Shown here: positions 1 to 13,395 of the stretch, in pieces
Layout of the letters: each line of letters starts with the position of its first letter
Position numbering within the stretch: position 1 is the stretch's first letter
Source of the DNA: Octopus sinensis
Taxonomy: Eukaryota
NCBI RefSeq assembly: GCF_006345805.1
Contig: NC_043001.1
Location: forward strand, 5,518,001 to 5,582,000
Direction of reading: 5' to 3'
DNA length: 64,000 nt
The notes under the pieces: generated by a model
The model's database searches: none
What the model was told of the DNA's origin: nothing
The model's input: only the letters and a program-made list of their open reading frames with translations
Translations under genes and position numbers: made by a program

Positions 1-212
1 AGTAAAATACGTAATGTACCATGGCCAGGGACGAATTTTCTGTATGTTACATAGACACTTTAGTAGCGCTAGTCTAGTTTCGCATAATTCCAGCATGGCC
101 GCAGATGACTGAAACAAGTAAAAATACATGAATGGATAAATGAATATCCTTATATTGCGAAAGCTCTTTGAAAACTATCATGAGGTACAAAAAAGAAAAA
201 AATGATTATATA

Positions 213-632
213 GGCGCAGGAGTGGCTGTGTGGTAAGTAGCTTGCTAACCAACCACATGGTTCCGAGTTCAGTCCCACTGCGTGGCATCTTGAGCAAGTG
301 TCTTCTGCTATAGCCCCGGGCCGACCGATGCCTTGTGAGTGGATTTGGTAGACGGAAACTGAAAGAAGCCTGTCGTATATATGTATATATATATATATAT
401 AAGTGTGTGTGTATATGTTTGTGTGTCTGTGTTTGTCCCCCTAGCATTGCTTGACAACCGATGGTGGTGTGTTTATGCCCCCGTCACTTAGCGGTTCGGC
501 GAAAGAGACCGATAGAATCAGTACTGAGCTTACAAAGAATAAGTCCCGGGGTCGATTTGCTCGACTAAAGGCGGGGTGCTCCAGCATGGCCGCAGTCAAA
601 TGACTGAAACAAGTAAAAGAGTAGGAGTAAAG
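213..632 (+). mobile_element. tRNA-derived SINE, family 1 (full length, internal (TA)n/(TG)n tract)
   Basis: A-box-like GTGGCTGTGTGGTAA and B-box-like GTTCAGTCCC, internal microsatellite, 3' tail GTGCTCCAGCATGGCCGCAGTCAAATGACTGAAACAAGTAAAAGAG; near-identical copies at 12394, 19116, 35544, 55034, 56490. Confidence 0.9.
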
Positions 633-2244
633 ATATATAGAATGGACAATATGTTGAGATAGTGTAATACTAGTATTTCATAACACTCACCGTACACAAT
701 GATACCACATATGTTAGTTCATAGTGCTGTATATCTTTAAGAAGGTGACTGTGAGAAAATCTCGTATGATACTTTCGTTCATAGCTAACATAGCTGCAAG
801 CTGTAATCTAATATTGTTTGACATGAAACTAACAGTGAAACGGATATTAGATATAAGTTTCACAAGCTAATAGCTGGGAATTGCATAAGTTATCTTGAAG
901 ACGAGTCAGTCGTTATGAATATGAATTATTTATAGTTATTAGCTATGCACGAGGACGAACAATAAACGTTAGATATTTAAGAATATTTTTCTTTCGTCTT
1001 TCCCGGTGAAGGAAGGTTATAATCATGGGATATTTCAGGGTATCATAGACTTCTAGCGATACTTATCAAATTGTACAGATAGGTGATTTTCATGATTACA
1101 GTAGGGTGGATCTAACCACAGGCACCCCAAATATTACGCAACAATCTTAACACCAATATGAACGAAATCATTTACATCAAGAGGTTTCTTCCCACACTTC
1201 ATACGATGCATGATGCGTCCAGAATTTTAGACACACTACCACGACGAGAAGCATAATTACAATCTATCGTAATCCACATTCATAATCACGCATTCATTGG
1301 TTTAATCGTTACACAACTGATAAAAAGCAAGTGAAATTGAATCGGTGTATGTGTTTTTATTTATATAATGACCCTCCCATGATAAAATGTTTCAGTACAC
1401 GAGTTCAAATGAAGAATCTTGAAAGCCAAATACAAAATGAAATATTTTAAACTCTAGTCGAGCTAGAAAAACTCTGATGGACAGTGTGTTCCGCTGTCAA
1501 ATGATAGGAACCATCTGAGAGCTTTGCTTAATAAGAGAATGCACAGACTCCAGTTTATCCATAATCAACATCAAGTTGGTGGTAAGAAGGTACAACCTCA
1601 TGAAACATCCACCTGGAAAATTTAAAACATCAGGTCTGTAGTAGAGAAGACATGTCACCAATAAGGTCGCGAATGGTGATGAATGCATACTGACAAACCT
1701 ATCTGAGGGATTAATTGACGAAACAATTAATCAAAGAATTGACGAAGAAATGAACCTAAAGTGAGATAGAAAGAGTGCGCGTGTATATAATTAACATTTA
1801 ACCCACCTGAGACACAACAAATCATTTTTCAGCACAAGATTTCAGGTCGACAGTGTTTTCCAAAAAGTTATTTTAAAAATCACAAAATACTTATTTCATA
1901 ATTTTCGTTCTTTGTTTGTAAAACTTGCGAAAGCTATTGAACCGTCGGTGTTACAAATCACTGCAGTCTGAAATAATTTTAAGCACAGTTTCTCAATTCA
2001 GATATCATAATTTTTGATTAAGTAGATGTCACATATAGGAGCAAGTTTTAATAATTTAGTTACGCTTTGAAAAACACCGAAACATCTTGTAATGACGTGG
2101 CTGCGCGGCTGCATATGACACATTTGTTTTGCTCGGGACGTTTTACACACACACGGACATACACAAGTTCAATCTTAAACGCATGCACAAAAGCACAAGG
2201 ACACACGCCGGCACTCGCATGCATACATACATACATACACACAC

Positions 2245-2313
<69 letters not shown>

Positions 2314-2448
2314 CATAGATACACGCACAGATTATAAATACAGAAAAATAACAATTTTAGAACTCGATCAAGCTTTATTATACACCCATACACACACACA
2401 CATACATACATACATACACACAAACACACACGCACACACACACACACA

Positions 2449-2520
<72 letters not shown>

Positions 2521-2574
2521 ACAAATACGCATATCGACATACACCTAAAATCACAAAAGAGCACTTAAATATAT

Positions 2575-3645
2575 ATTCAAGTGTCGACTGAAAAGTTCAT
2601 GGGCTGAGCAAAATATTTTCATAGAATGTGAGCTAAGGAGGTTTATTTTTGCACATAATTCACCTTGAGGTTCCCACACTTTTTCCATCAGTGCCTACAT
2701 TGTGCCTTGATCTCATTGCTGAAGAAGTATTCCTCCTATTGGTAAAATATTTAATAAACGAGAAAGATGATGTCATCATCACCGTGGTACTCCTTCCCAG
2801 CCAATATTTTTCAGGGGGGACAATGAAACAGGTGAGAGAAGGGAACAGGGTTAGAGCAGTAGAATAGGTAAAGTGATCAACCAGTTCAAGGATACACTCA
2901 AACACAGCTACTATTGGAGCGAAATCCTTGTGTACTGGAATATTGTTATCGTGATACAAAATGCCTTTGGTTAATTTCGTAAATATGTCAGCATGTTGGA
3001 GCGGTACATTCCATTGATGGTGTGATACTTTTGAAAACTGTCACTAAATACAATGCCTTTTACATCACAAAAAACTAGGGACATCCTTTTCCCTGCAATT
3101 GAAATGAATTTTGACCTTCTTTGGAGCGGGTTAGGTTGATTCTATTCACTCTATGGCTTTTCTCTGTGTGTCTGATGCCATGAGACCCGACGCTCATTCT
3201 AAGTAAGGAAGCTTTCAATGCAACTAGTTGGATCTGCCTCAGACAATATCAGATTTTACAGTAAAACGACTAGGTAGGGTAACTTTTGATCAACTTTTAC
3301 AAGACCTGGCAGAGTGCGAGCAGAAAGCTTCGTCATTCCAAATCTATTGCGCAAAATATTCTTAGCTCGGACACAGGATATGCTGATATCATTGGCCATT
3401 TGATTTATATTCAATCGCCTGTCATCCATTATTTGAGGGTGATTACTCGCAATGTGGTCCATTTGGATGAGAATTCACTAGTGATTCCATTTAAAGTTTT
3501 CTTTGAAAGGTGAGATGCCAGTTTACCTGCACTGACATGTTAGCAGTAATTAACAAGTTGAGTTCAAATTAATGCAACATAGTTTTAAATGTTCTAGCGT
3601 CCCTCCTTCATACTCAGCCTATGAAAGTTTCGCCCCATCCTCGTG
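2575..3645 (-). mobile_element. Decayed mariner (Tc1/mariner) DNA transposon
   Basis: Minus-strand peptides IMDDRRLNINQMANDISISCVRAKNILRNRFGMTKLSARTLP (HTH plus decayed WVP motif) and YHDNNIPVH...ELVDHFTYS (decayed HDNA and HPPYSP motifs); imperfect TIRs GAAAAGTTCATGGGCTGAG (~2590-2608) and CTCAGCCTATGAAAGTTTC (3613-3631). Confidence 0.8.
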
Positions 3646-3764
3646 TTATTTATTACATAGAAATAAACTACATTGATCATATGAAACGACATTGACCTTA
3701 TTTGGACTGGGTGAGGGTGGCTGCACTCACTGTATTGATCATCTCATTTTCTCTGGTGCAAAAT

Positions 3765-3880
3765 AAGGAACCCGACACTCACCATGGATACGGAAGCCTT
3801 CAATGAAACCACTTGGATCTGCCATAAACAATGAGAGATTATGCAGTTATGTGATTAGGCAGAGTTGCTTTTGACCATGC
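3765..3880 (-). mobile_element. Second mariner fragment
   Basis: Visible similarity to 3185-3285 (CCCGACnCTCA...GGAAGCnTTCAATGnAACnAnTTGGATCTGCC). Confidence 0.5.
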
Positions 3881-5553
3881 TTACTCTATATTTCCGTAAA
3901 GCACAAATTATTCTCGTCCTTTCATTGCGCACAAATTTATCCTTCTTGAACAATTATTTTATTCTCAGTTACATGGAACTTCCGGTGAGTTAAGCCATCG
4001 TCGAAATTTGATGACTGCCATAAATGGCCGAAAATTGAAGGCAAATGTTAATATTCTTCTTCTTTAAGAATAATAAATTTGTACTCTACGACATTATAGA
4101 TTAAACCACATATTAATGTAGTGTACTCTTTTATTATAACTCAACGAAAAAGCAGTCATTAAAATATGTGTATGAGTATACGTATGTATATGTGTGAGTG
4201 TATGTATATGTAAGTTTTTTTATATATCATTTCCTAAACGCAGTATGTTTTTATCTGCAACTATGAGTTTCATGCGTTAAAAGCATGCTAGTTAGTATTT
4301 TTTATATGCCTGGTGCTTAAGAACGATCTTCGGGGACAACCCGCATAGCGTAATAATGGCAATATTAGGACGATAGGATGAGAGAAAAAATGAGAAAAGG
4401 CGTGAATGAAGTAGATATAAAAGGTGGGCGGTTTAAAATGCGAACTACCCTTGAAAAAGGGAACTTTCGCCATTGTATCTACGCCTTTCTCCTCTTTTCT
4501 TCTTACTTCTCTCATCCTAACGTCCAACTTTTAGATTGTAATGCCATGTGGGCAGTACTTGAAGATTGCGCGAAGGTAACATGCGTGCTAAAACATACAG
4601 CCCGGCATGTTTCTATCACATGAAACTAATAGTAGTACGTAACAACATATATTGCGTTCCTTAAATATTTATCTCTCATCACATGGAGCAGTTTTTGATC
4701 TTTCCATCCTGGAACAGTTGGTTATACATATATATATATATATATATACATATGTATATATGTATGTATGAGGTGTGTGTATGTGTTTTTGTAGGTGTGA
4801 GTGTGTGTCCTTCCTACTTCTTTCCGCGAACGTTGGTTCTGGATTCAAATGCACAACTAATGATTATTTAATCAAATGCGCTTGCGCACACAGACACAAA
4901 CGCACACTCACGCATACACACACAAGCACACTTACACATACAAGCAAAGACACACTCATAAACACACACTCACACACTCATACACACATTTCAATATTCG
5001 CCTGCAAAAATGACGTGTATTCACCGTTGCATTGTATATCGTTGAATTGCGCATTGGTATCATCGTCTCTTTGCTTAAATGTGTTACGTGTAAGTTAAAA
5101 AGTAATTTTTCTAGGCAATATGGTTTTGCTTTGTATTTGTTCATGTGATAAAGCATTTTATATCTCTGTATCCTTGTCAACTTTTCACCCCTCTGTCGCT
5201 ACAACTATCTTTCAATTCTTCACAACGATTTTTATGCAATAAGAAAATACTTTTTTCAGCAACTTCACCAATCTTCAATTGTTACAACCGATTTATGTAA
5301 TTTATAGGTATGACTGACTGCAACTTTGCAGGCGCGTGTGTACGTGTGTGGATGCGTGTGCTTTTGACTATGTGTGAAATTGTATGTTCACGTTTCTATG
5401 CATGTGTGAGTGAAAGAGTTTCGCATTGTTATGCAGGTATAACTACGAACATATTGGCTTCGCATGTGCGGAATGTATATAGAGATGCATGCGTGTTTAC
5501 ATCCGTGCTCGTGTGTGTATACGTATATATATATATATACATAATATAGTATG

Positions 5554-5597
<44 letters not shown>

Positions 5598-5753
5598 CAA
5601 CATATACACCCATATTATATATATATTATATTATTATATATATATATATATATATATACACCACATACATATGTGTGTGCGTTGTATGTATGTTTTCTGT
5701 TTATGTATCTGTTTTCGTTTTTCCAATATCTCCTTATGAGCATACATACATAC

Positions 5754-5829
<76 letters not shown>

Positions 5830-5845
5830 ATATATATATATATAT

Positions 5846-6088
5846 AGAATGATGAATAATCTTGTTCAGATTAATCAACAAAAGTTTACCGATACCTTGG
5901 TAGCAAAAATTACAGCAGAAGAAAGCACGGTGTGGAGGTACAACCATATGGTGTTGCAACCGTGCGTTGGTGCGGATAATTGAATTTTAATATTATTAGT
6001 GAATTGAAGAAATGGAGTTGAACGAAGAAATAAAAGGATTTCTGTTCAATCTTCGTTCAACTCCATTTCTTCAATTCACTAATAATAT
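5846..6088 (-). mobile_element. Short fold-back insertion between (TA)n tracts, probable PLE terminus
   Basis: ~39 bp inverted repeat (5990-6028 / 6050-6088) with ~21 bp spacer, flanked on both sides by (TA)n; same geometry as the PLE insertions elsewhere, but no coding or ribozyme homology seen. Confidence 0.45.
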
Positions 6089-6090
6089 AT

Positions 6091-6133
<43 letters not shown>

Positions 6134-6881
6134 TCGTTATATGCGGCGTTTGTAGTGTTGAATCATAATAGATATATACGTGTGCCACGCTTAAAACCGA
6201 AATGTTTCTCTAAGACTTCTGATCTGCTTCAAAAGACCTATAGTTAAGTAAGAAATAAACCAAAGCAATATGTCATTAGGAGATAAAAATTGAAAAAGCT
6301 CTTTCTGTATGCATGCATTGTGTCCACCGCAATTATCAACTGGAATTGTCTGCTAAGAGAACATCGGTCTCTACTCATACACTATTGATATAAACATTTG
6401 CATATATATGAGCCATATTCAGCGTATATTTTAAAGAATTGTCATCTAGAAACACACTCCATATCAAGAGGCAAACATACGATATTGAATTTTGTTTTCA
6501 TGTTATGACACTGTAACGAAAACCAGTTCAGTGCCAACGAGCTCTCCTTGTGAAGATTGTAGCTTGGACGCACTTGGGACGACAACAAATGCTTTTGTCA
6601 TTCTGTGAACGTGGTTAACAATCTCTCTTTGTGTGAGGACACATGTCTAAGAACAGTTATATGTATACATTCATTCAAGTGTACTACTACTACATCTATA
6701 CATTATCTAAATGTAAATATCATTAGTCTTTTTTATTGTTTTAGTCATTGAACTGTAGCCATGCTGGTGCATCGGCTTGTAGTGTTTCGTCGAACAGATC
6801 AACCCCAGTCTTTGGGGATATAAACAAACTAGCACCGATTGGTTAGTGGTAGTGGGAGATAAACTCAAGCAAAGAATAATG

Positions 6882-6943
<62 letters not shown>

Positions 6944-7009
6944 TAAATAAAACATATGCATATATATATATACATATATGCACGTACCTACCGCTACATG
7001 TATATATAC

Positions 7010-7198
7010 ACGCATATATGAGTACAGGACACCAAAAAAACGTCGAACACAGTGAGAAACGAAAACATAGGCACAAACCCAAGGAACTGGACGTTTTTCT
7101 TAAACAACAAAAAAAAATAGAGTACAGGACAAATAACACAAGGAAAAAAACCCTTCTTCAGTCGCCATGGTTTCATCTACTCTACGTTTCGAAGGAGA
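7010..7198 (-). mobile_element. PLE 3' terminal (pLTR-like) fragment with 3' half of a hammerhead
   Basis: Minus strand starts CTCCTTCGAAACGTAGAG (GAAAC-GUA with ACGU palindrome) followed by a T-rich tail ending at TA repeats. Confidence 0.4.
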
Positions 7199-7204
7199 TA
7201 TATA

Positions 7205-7395
7205 TATATATAAGTAAATTAACATAAGGGAAAAATGCTAAAATTTTTATCATGGAGAACATTTTAGGACCGGCTTCAGTCTTCGTGACCTTTTCAACTT
7301 AGTTTAAAGCATGAATAACAATTAAGTTGTGGAAAAATATAATGAATTTTTTTATTCATATTTCCAAATACAATGGTCTTTTTCCTATATGTCTT

Positions 7396-7438
<43 letters not shown>

Positions 7439-7864
7439 TTGTTTTTCACTGTAAAACGTTCACCCCGTTTGAAAGGGAACTCAGATCCATCAATTAGGTC
7501 GATGCACATACCACAGTTAGGTGTTCCGCATTTTTTATATGACGGCTTCAGAATTGTTGTCGAGTCCGCTTAGGCTTGTGTTTGGAGGTTCTTCATAGAA
7601 TTGGGTTGCCTTCCGCTCCTTAATATGGTGTGCGTTTAGAGGATCAAATTTATTCTGTGGTCCCTTTTCAGTAGAGGAGTGTTCTGATGGATGGCGTTGA
7701 AGGCTTCATTGTTAAGTGGAGTTGTGCGACTAGAAAAATATCTTATTTGCTAATAAAATTTTGAAACCATGGTCCAATAACAACTTATGGTAAATGGTTT
7801 TACTTTTCATTCCCTTCGAAATTACTCCTAACCGTTGTTTTAGATTTTCACTGCTCCTTCTAGC

Positions 7865-7868
<4 letters not shown>
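7205..7868 (-). mobile_element. Decayed Penelope-like retroelement fragment (RT-EN linker plus pLTR)
   Basis: Minus strand encodes NEAFNAIHQNTPLLKRDHRINLIL...KKCGTPNCGMCIDLIDGSEFPFKRGERFTVKN (CxxxxCxxC linker), homologous to 49520-49800; bounded by (TA)n; HHR-like motif at 7264-7301. Confidence 0.75.
7264..7301 (-). ncRNA. Decayed minimal type I hammerhead ribozyme, U3-A8 core
   Basis: Minus strand UAAG UUGAAAA GGUC-ACGAA-GACU GAAGC CG GUC CUAA; GAAAC changed to GAAGC and stem I is imperfect. Confidence 0.55.
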
Positions 7869-7927
<59 letters not shown>

Positions 7928-8026
7928 TAATATATATACATATATCATATATGTATATGTGTGTATATTTATATGTATGTGATCTGTGTACATATGTGTG
8001 TATGTTTGTATGTATATATGTATATG

Positions 8027-8058
<32 letters not shown>

Positions 8059-10141
8059 CATTTATATATATATATATATATATATACATATATACAAGCG
8101 CATGTGCAAAGGAATGCTTTCAGTTTCCGTCTACGATATTCACTCTATGGTCTCAAAGTTTCTAGTTGGCCAGCGTCAAGTGTAGACGTCGATGCAAAAG
8201 GTACCACGCGGTGCGACTGAATTGGAACCATGTGGATGGAAGAAATCGTCTTAGCATAGTGCAAGCATGTTCCTATACACACCACCGCGTGCGCGCGCGC
8301 AAACACACACGCAACCAGTGATAGATTGATTGATAAAGAGACAGATAGATATAGTAAGGTTTGAGTTATGACCCTTTCCAATATTGGTACAAGGTAACGG
8401 CTTCCATTAATGCCCTAGTATTGCCTAAGTAGATTACATCGACTCCAGTCCGTTTATGTTACTTATTTTATCGAGTAAAAGTTAAAAGATAAAAGAAGAT
8501 GTGGAGCAATAACAAATTTTTCTTTTCTTTTCTCGAAATAAAATCCCCAGATGAAATTCTTCCTTAGACCTGGAATTGGTGGTTGCAAATGATGACACTG
8601 AACCGAGAATGTCATATTTCCAATGCTTTGTGACATCGCTGTCATTGATGGACAAGATTCCAGTTTGAATGCACAATAAGAAACCTATAGCACACACCTC
8701 CACCGGTTCCATGCACCAATATTGGTTTCTAATAACACTACAAGGCCTCATATTATTCTTGGATTAGGCATCGATAACTTTGACTTCAAAATTTGACTGG
8801 TATTTATTTCATCGACCCTAAAATGATAAAAGGCATAAGCTGACCTCGGGAGAATTTGAATACAGAACTTAAAATTCGTAAACATGTCGCTGAAGATTTG
8901 TCCCGATTCAATAACGATTGCTCACTGTTTTCGATACTGTTACAATGTTGCCAACTCCACATTTGGCATTTGGTTCGGAGTCCCGATATGAGAAAGGCAA
9001 ATTCAATTGCATTGGTATTTGATCTCATATGGAATGTATTTTAAGGAAAATAAACGGGTAACCGTTTTGTCAATGCATCGCCTTAATGTTCCATTATATA
9101 TTGAAATAATGTCTGGATATGCACAGTAAAAATAGTAATGAATAAATAACTACGTTAAACAATATTATCATATCGATAAAGAATGCCTAATCTGTGTAGG
9201 CATCCAATAATTGTCAATGTTGGTTCGGAAATCTAAATAATCAAAATATGTAATAATAAAGTAGCGTTGCCTCGAATGTCGGCAATGCTTGAATCACGGT
9301 TGATGCACAACAACCAGATTCATCAAATCGTTTCACTAAACACGACAGTTACTATTGCCAGCTCAAGGTTGAATGGTTAGCGATAAGAGTAGCAGCGTCT
9401 GTAAAGAAATTTATTTCACCAACAAACCATTATTTCCTGCATGGAAGCTTGGAGATCTCGGTCAGAGCGATGCAGAAAGCCGACATATGTAACGTTGCCG
9501 AAATTCGCCAACTTGAGTGACTTCAGTGACCAATCACGTGAAAGTAATGCATTTGTTATTCCCAGGGTGGCGTTGATGCAGAATATGTTACATGTGGTTT
9601 GGATTTGAAGGAAACTGAAATATAGAATGAGGTGCTGCTTCCAGGTATAAACCAAATCAATGACGTAATGACTTTCAATTAAATGTTAAAATAAACATAG
9701 AATAACTGAAATAAACCATCAACCCGTCAATGAATAATATACTTCATATCTAGTATCTTTAATTATTGTTTTAAATACAACAACAATAAGAGGCTTAACT
9801 AGAAAAAAACTTACGAACATTTCTCATGCAGATGTCGTAATTACCCCCATATCAATCACTGGAATACACATCAGTCAGCACTAAAACACATATTATCCTC
9901 CTAAAAACATCCCCTTTATAACCATCATATTAGATTTATTATTATCAGCGTCATCGTCGTCGTTGTCGCCGTCGTATTTAATATGGTAGACTTCTTTCAA
10001 TGCGTCATGGAATTTTAATATCCTACCAGTTTGTTCCATATTTTCAATATGGTTTGGAAAAAATTCGATTGCTGAGTGTTAATCAAAAGGACATGTTTTT
10101 ATTTTAATTTTATGTTTATATCTAATTCGTCAGTGAAGAGC

Positions 10142-10142
<1 letters not shown>

Positions 10143-10185
<43 letters not shown>

Positions 10186-10207
10186 TAATAATAATAATAA
10201 TAATAAT
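10143..10207. repeat. (AAT)n microsatellite
   Basis: Direct reading. Confidence 0.95.
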
Positions 10208-10768
10208 GGTGATATTTTATCTAAATATGCAACTATATTTCAATTTATGTTTCATTTAGTGAATTTTGTAACTTAATTATTGAATATTTTCTTACAACAA
10301 TTGTGCGTTTTTTAATGGGAAATTCTTTCATTTCAACTGGAACTAAGGCAAATGTATTTAATATTTGATATACTCTCAGTAAAATTAAATCTATTTTATG
10401 TTAAGTGCTCCATTTATTTTTATTAAATTCACGAGAATGAGAAGCATACGTTTACCATGGGGGATTTTCATTTTGAGAAAACAGTAAAATATTTTAATTA
10501 ATTAGGCATAAATCACAATTGTACTTTTAAACGTTGCTACCGTTGGTTAATTCAATTTAACTTAAACAGGCTGACTCCATTATCAATCCATAACACTGCT
10601 GCTGCTGCTTATATTATCAATTATGTCCTCCTCCCACCAACCTTCTAGCTCATATTCCATTTTGCGTACAACTCTTCTGTTTTACTAAACGACATATATA
10701 TATATAGATATATGTAAACACAAACGATATATATGTATGTAAGCACATTCACATCTGTATATATATAT

Positions 10769-10812
<44 letters not shown>

Positions 10813-12067
10813 ATATAATATATATATATATATAATATATATATATATATATCATATATGTACATATAGACATGCATACACACCCAAATGCACACACATA
10901 TACTTGATGCACAATTTATCTCGTATTTTTCTTTCTCTAGAATTTCACTTTATGGCTGTGTCAACATTTCTCTGTTGTTTCATTTGCCGCGAAAATGTTG
11001 CCAATAGATCGAATCATCAATGAACGATAATGAATCATTTATTATCTCTCATATTTACATTCAGTTTTGTTCGAAAACTCTCCGATAAGGAACCTATCGA
11101 ATTACAACAATATATCAATTGTGGTTTATGTTTTATCCAACGTATTTCTTCAGAACCCACTACAATTGTCATTTGATCTTCGCAAAGCAAAACACATTTA
11201 ATTGATGTCCGACTTTCAAGACTTTCATGCATGCATTTACAAATAAATATCTCTAAACGTTCAACAACTTCCATGTATAGAACCATGTATTCAAATTGCA
11301 ATCCTGCTTAATAGGTATTTCAATGATATTCGAAATAAGGGGATTTTATGCGGAGAGCGAGATTAATCCGATGAGTAATCAACAATTAACACGCAATCCT
11401 TGTGGACATTAAACTATATACACTGCAGATAAATCACACATCATGTTAATCTGATTTATGATAGATTTACTAATTGAATATGATAGCAATTGCTACACAA
11501 ATATTAATTCACTTTTGACAGCGCGCTCGTCAGGAACAGTGGAAATAAGCTCGCATTTATAGGCGTATGCGGTTGTGTGTACGTGTTGTGTAATGCGCCC
11601 CTTTACAGCATATCGGCTTAGAAGCATGTGACAAAGGATGGAAATCCACTAAACATCTATTTCACGCTCTAAGGGATGCCTTGACGTTATCAAGGAAGCT
11701 TGTGGTATCGGCGAATGAAAAGGGATTCGATACATGGAATGTATTTCAAGTCAAATATATGTGTTTGTATGTGTGTGTTGTGTGTATGTATGTTTGTGTT
11801 TTGTATGTGTACGTGTGTTTATGTTTCTGCCTTTGTGTCTGTGTGTATATGTGTGTGGTGTATGTGTATGTAAGTTATGCCTTTATGTGTGTGCGTGTAT
11901 GTATGTTTGTATCTTTGTGTGTGCGTATGCATGCGGGTTGAGTGTGTATGTATAGGTGTGCCTTTGTGTCTATATGTATGTTTGTGCCTTTATGGTTGTG
12001 CATGTTTGTGTCTATGTGTATGTATATCTGTATGTATGCTTGTGCCTCTGTGTGTGGGGTACATGTG

Positions 12068-12215
12068 GGAGTAGGTGTGGCCTAGTGATTAGGATGTTAT
12101 ACCCACAATCTTTACACCATGGGTTCGATTTCCAGACTGGGCCACGCGTTGTTTGCTTACACAAAACTCTTCAGGCTTTGTTGCTCCGGTCGTCATGGCT
12201 GAAAATGTGTACACC
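12068..12215 (+). mobile_element. Old tRNA-derived SINE fragment
   Basis: GTGGCCTAGTGATTAGG (A box) ... GGTTCGATTTCC (B box); similar decayed head near 43470-43600. Confidence 0.5.
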
Positions 12216-12393
12216 TGAGACGGAAGAGGCCCCCAATGAGGTAAATGCTATACAGCAGCGTTGCATCATTGGAAACATAAAATGGTGCAAAGAGACATAT
12301 AAAAACATCCAATATTCTCTTCGATACTGTGATATGCATGTATGTATGCATAATGGATGTATGTATCTATCTATCTGTCTATCTATCTATATA

Positions 12394-12828
12394 TACTCTT
12401 TTACTCTTTTAACTGTTTCAGTCATTTGACTGCGGCCATGCTGGAGCACCGCCTTTAGTCGATCAAATCGACACCGGGACTAATTCTTTGTAAGACCAGT
12501 ACTTATTCTATCGGTCTCTTTTGCCGAACCGCTAGGTGACGGGGACGTAAACACACCAGCATCGGTTGTCAAGCAATGCTAGGGGGACAAACACAGACAC
12601 ACAAACACACACACACATATATATATATAATATATATATATATATATTATATATATATACATATATACGACAGGCTTCTTTCAGTTTCCGTCTACCAAAT
12701 CCACTCACAAGGCATTGTTCGGCCCGGGGCTATAGCAGAAGGCACTTGCCCAAGATGCCACGCAGTGGGACTGAACCCACAGCCGTGTGGTTGATTAGCA
12801 AGCTATTTACCACACACCCACTCCTGCG

Positions 12829-12830
<2 letters not shown>
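12394..12830 (-). mobile_element. SINE family 1, full length
   Basis: Reverse complement of 213-632; 5' end abuts (TA)n. Confidence 0.9.
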
Positions 12831-12867
<37 letters not shown>

Positions 12868-13089
12868 CCTTTTATCATTAATTAAAATTATTTTCATTTA
12901 TATAAGATTGCAGAAACTATGCATAGTCCAGGAAAAATAGAATAAATGTTTTTATTTTTTACGCCCTTTCAGAATTGCAAATATTATTGGCTTGGAGTTT
13001 TACTGCTCTTTCTAGCGAGTCAGATGTCCTATTATTGGTCATCGCTTATGTGTTTAAATGTACACTGTATTTTTTATCTTTCTTTCTAT

Positions 13090-13395
<306 letters not shown>

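Noticed and set aside
178-447. Recurrent ORF MLGGQTQTHK...RQASFSFRLPNPLTR (also 12566, 35738)
   Set aside because: It is the antisense reading of SINE family 1; recurrence reflects the repeat.
9420-9675. CCAATCACGTG and TGACGTAA motifs suggesting a promoter or enhancer
   Set aside because: Short motifs with no linked gene or transcription evidence; expected by chance in 64 kb.
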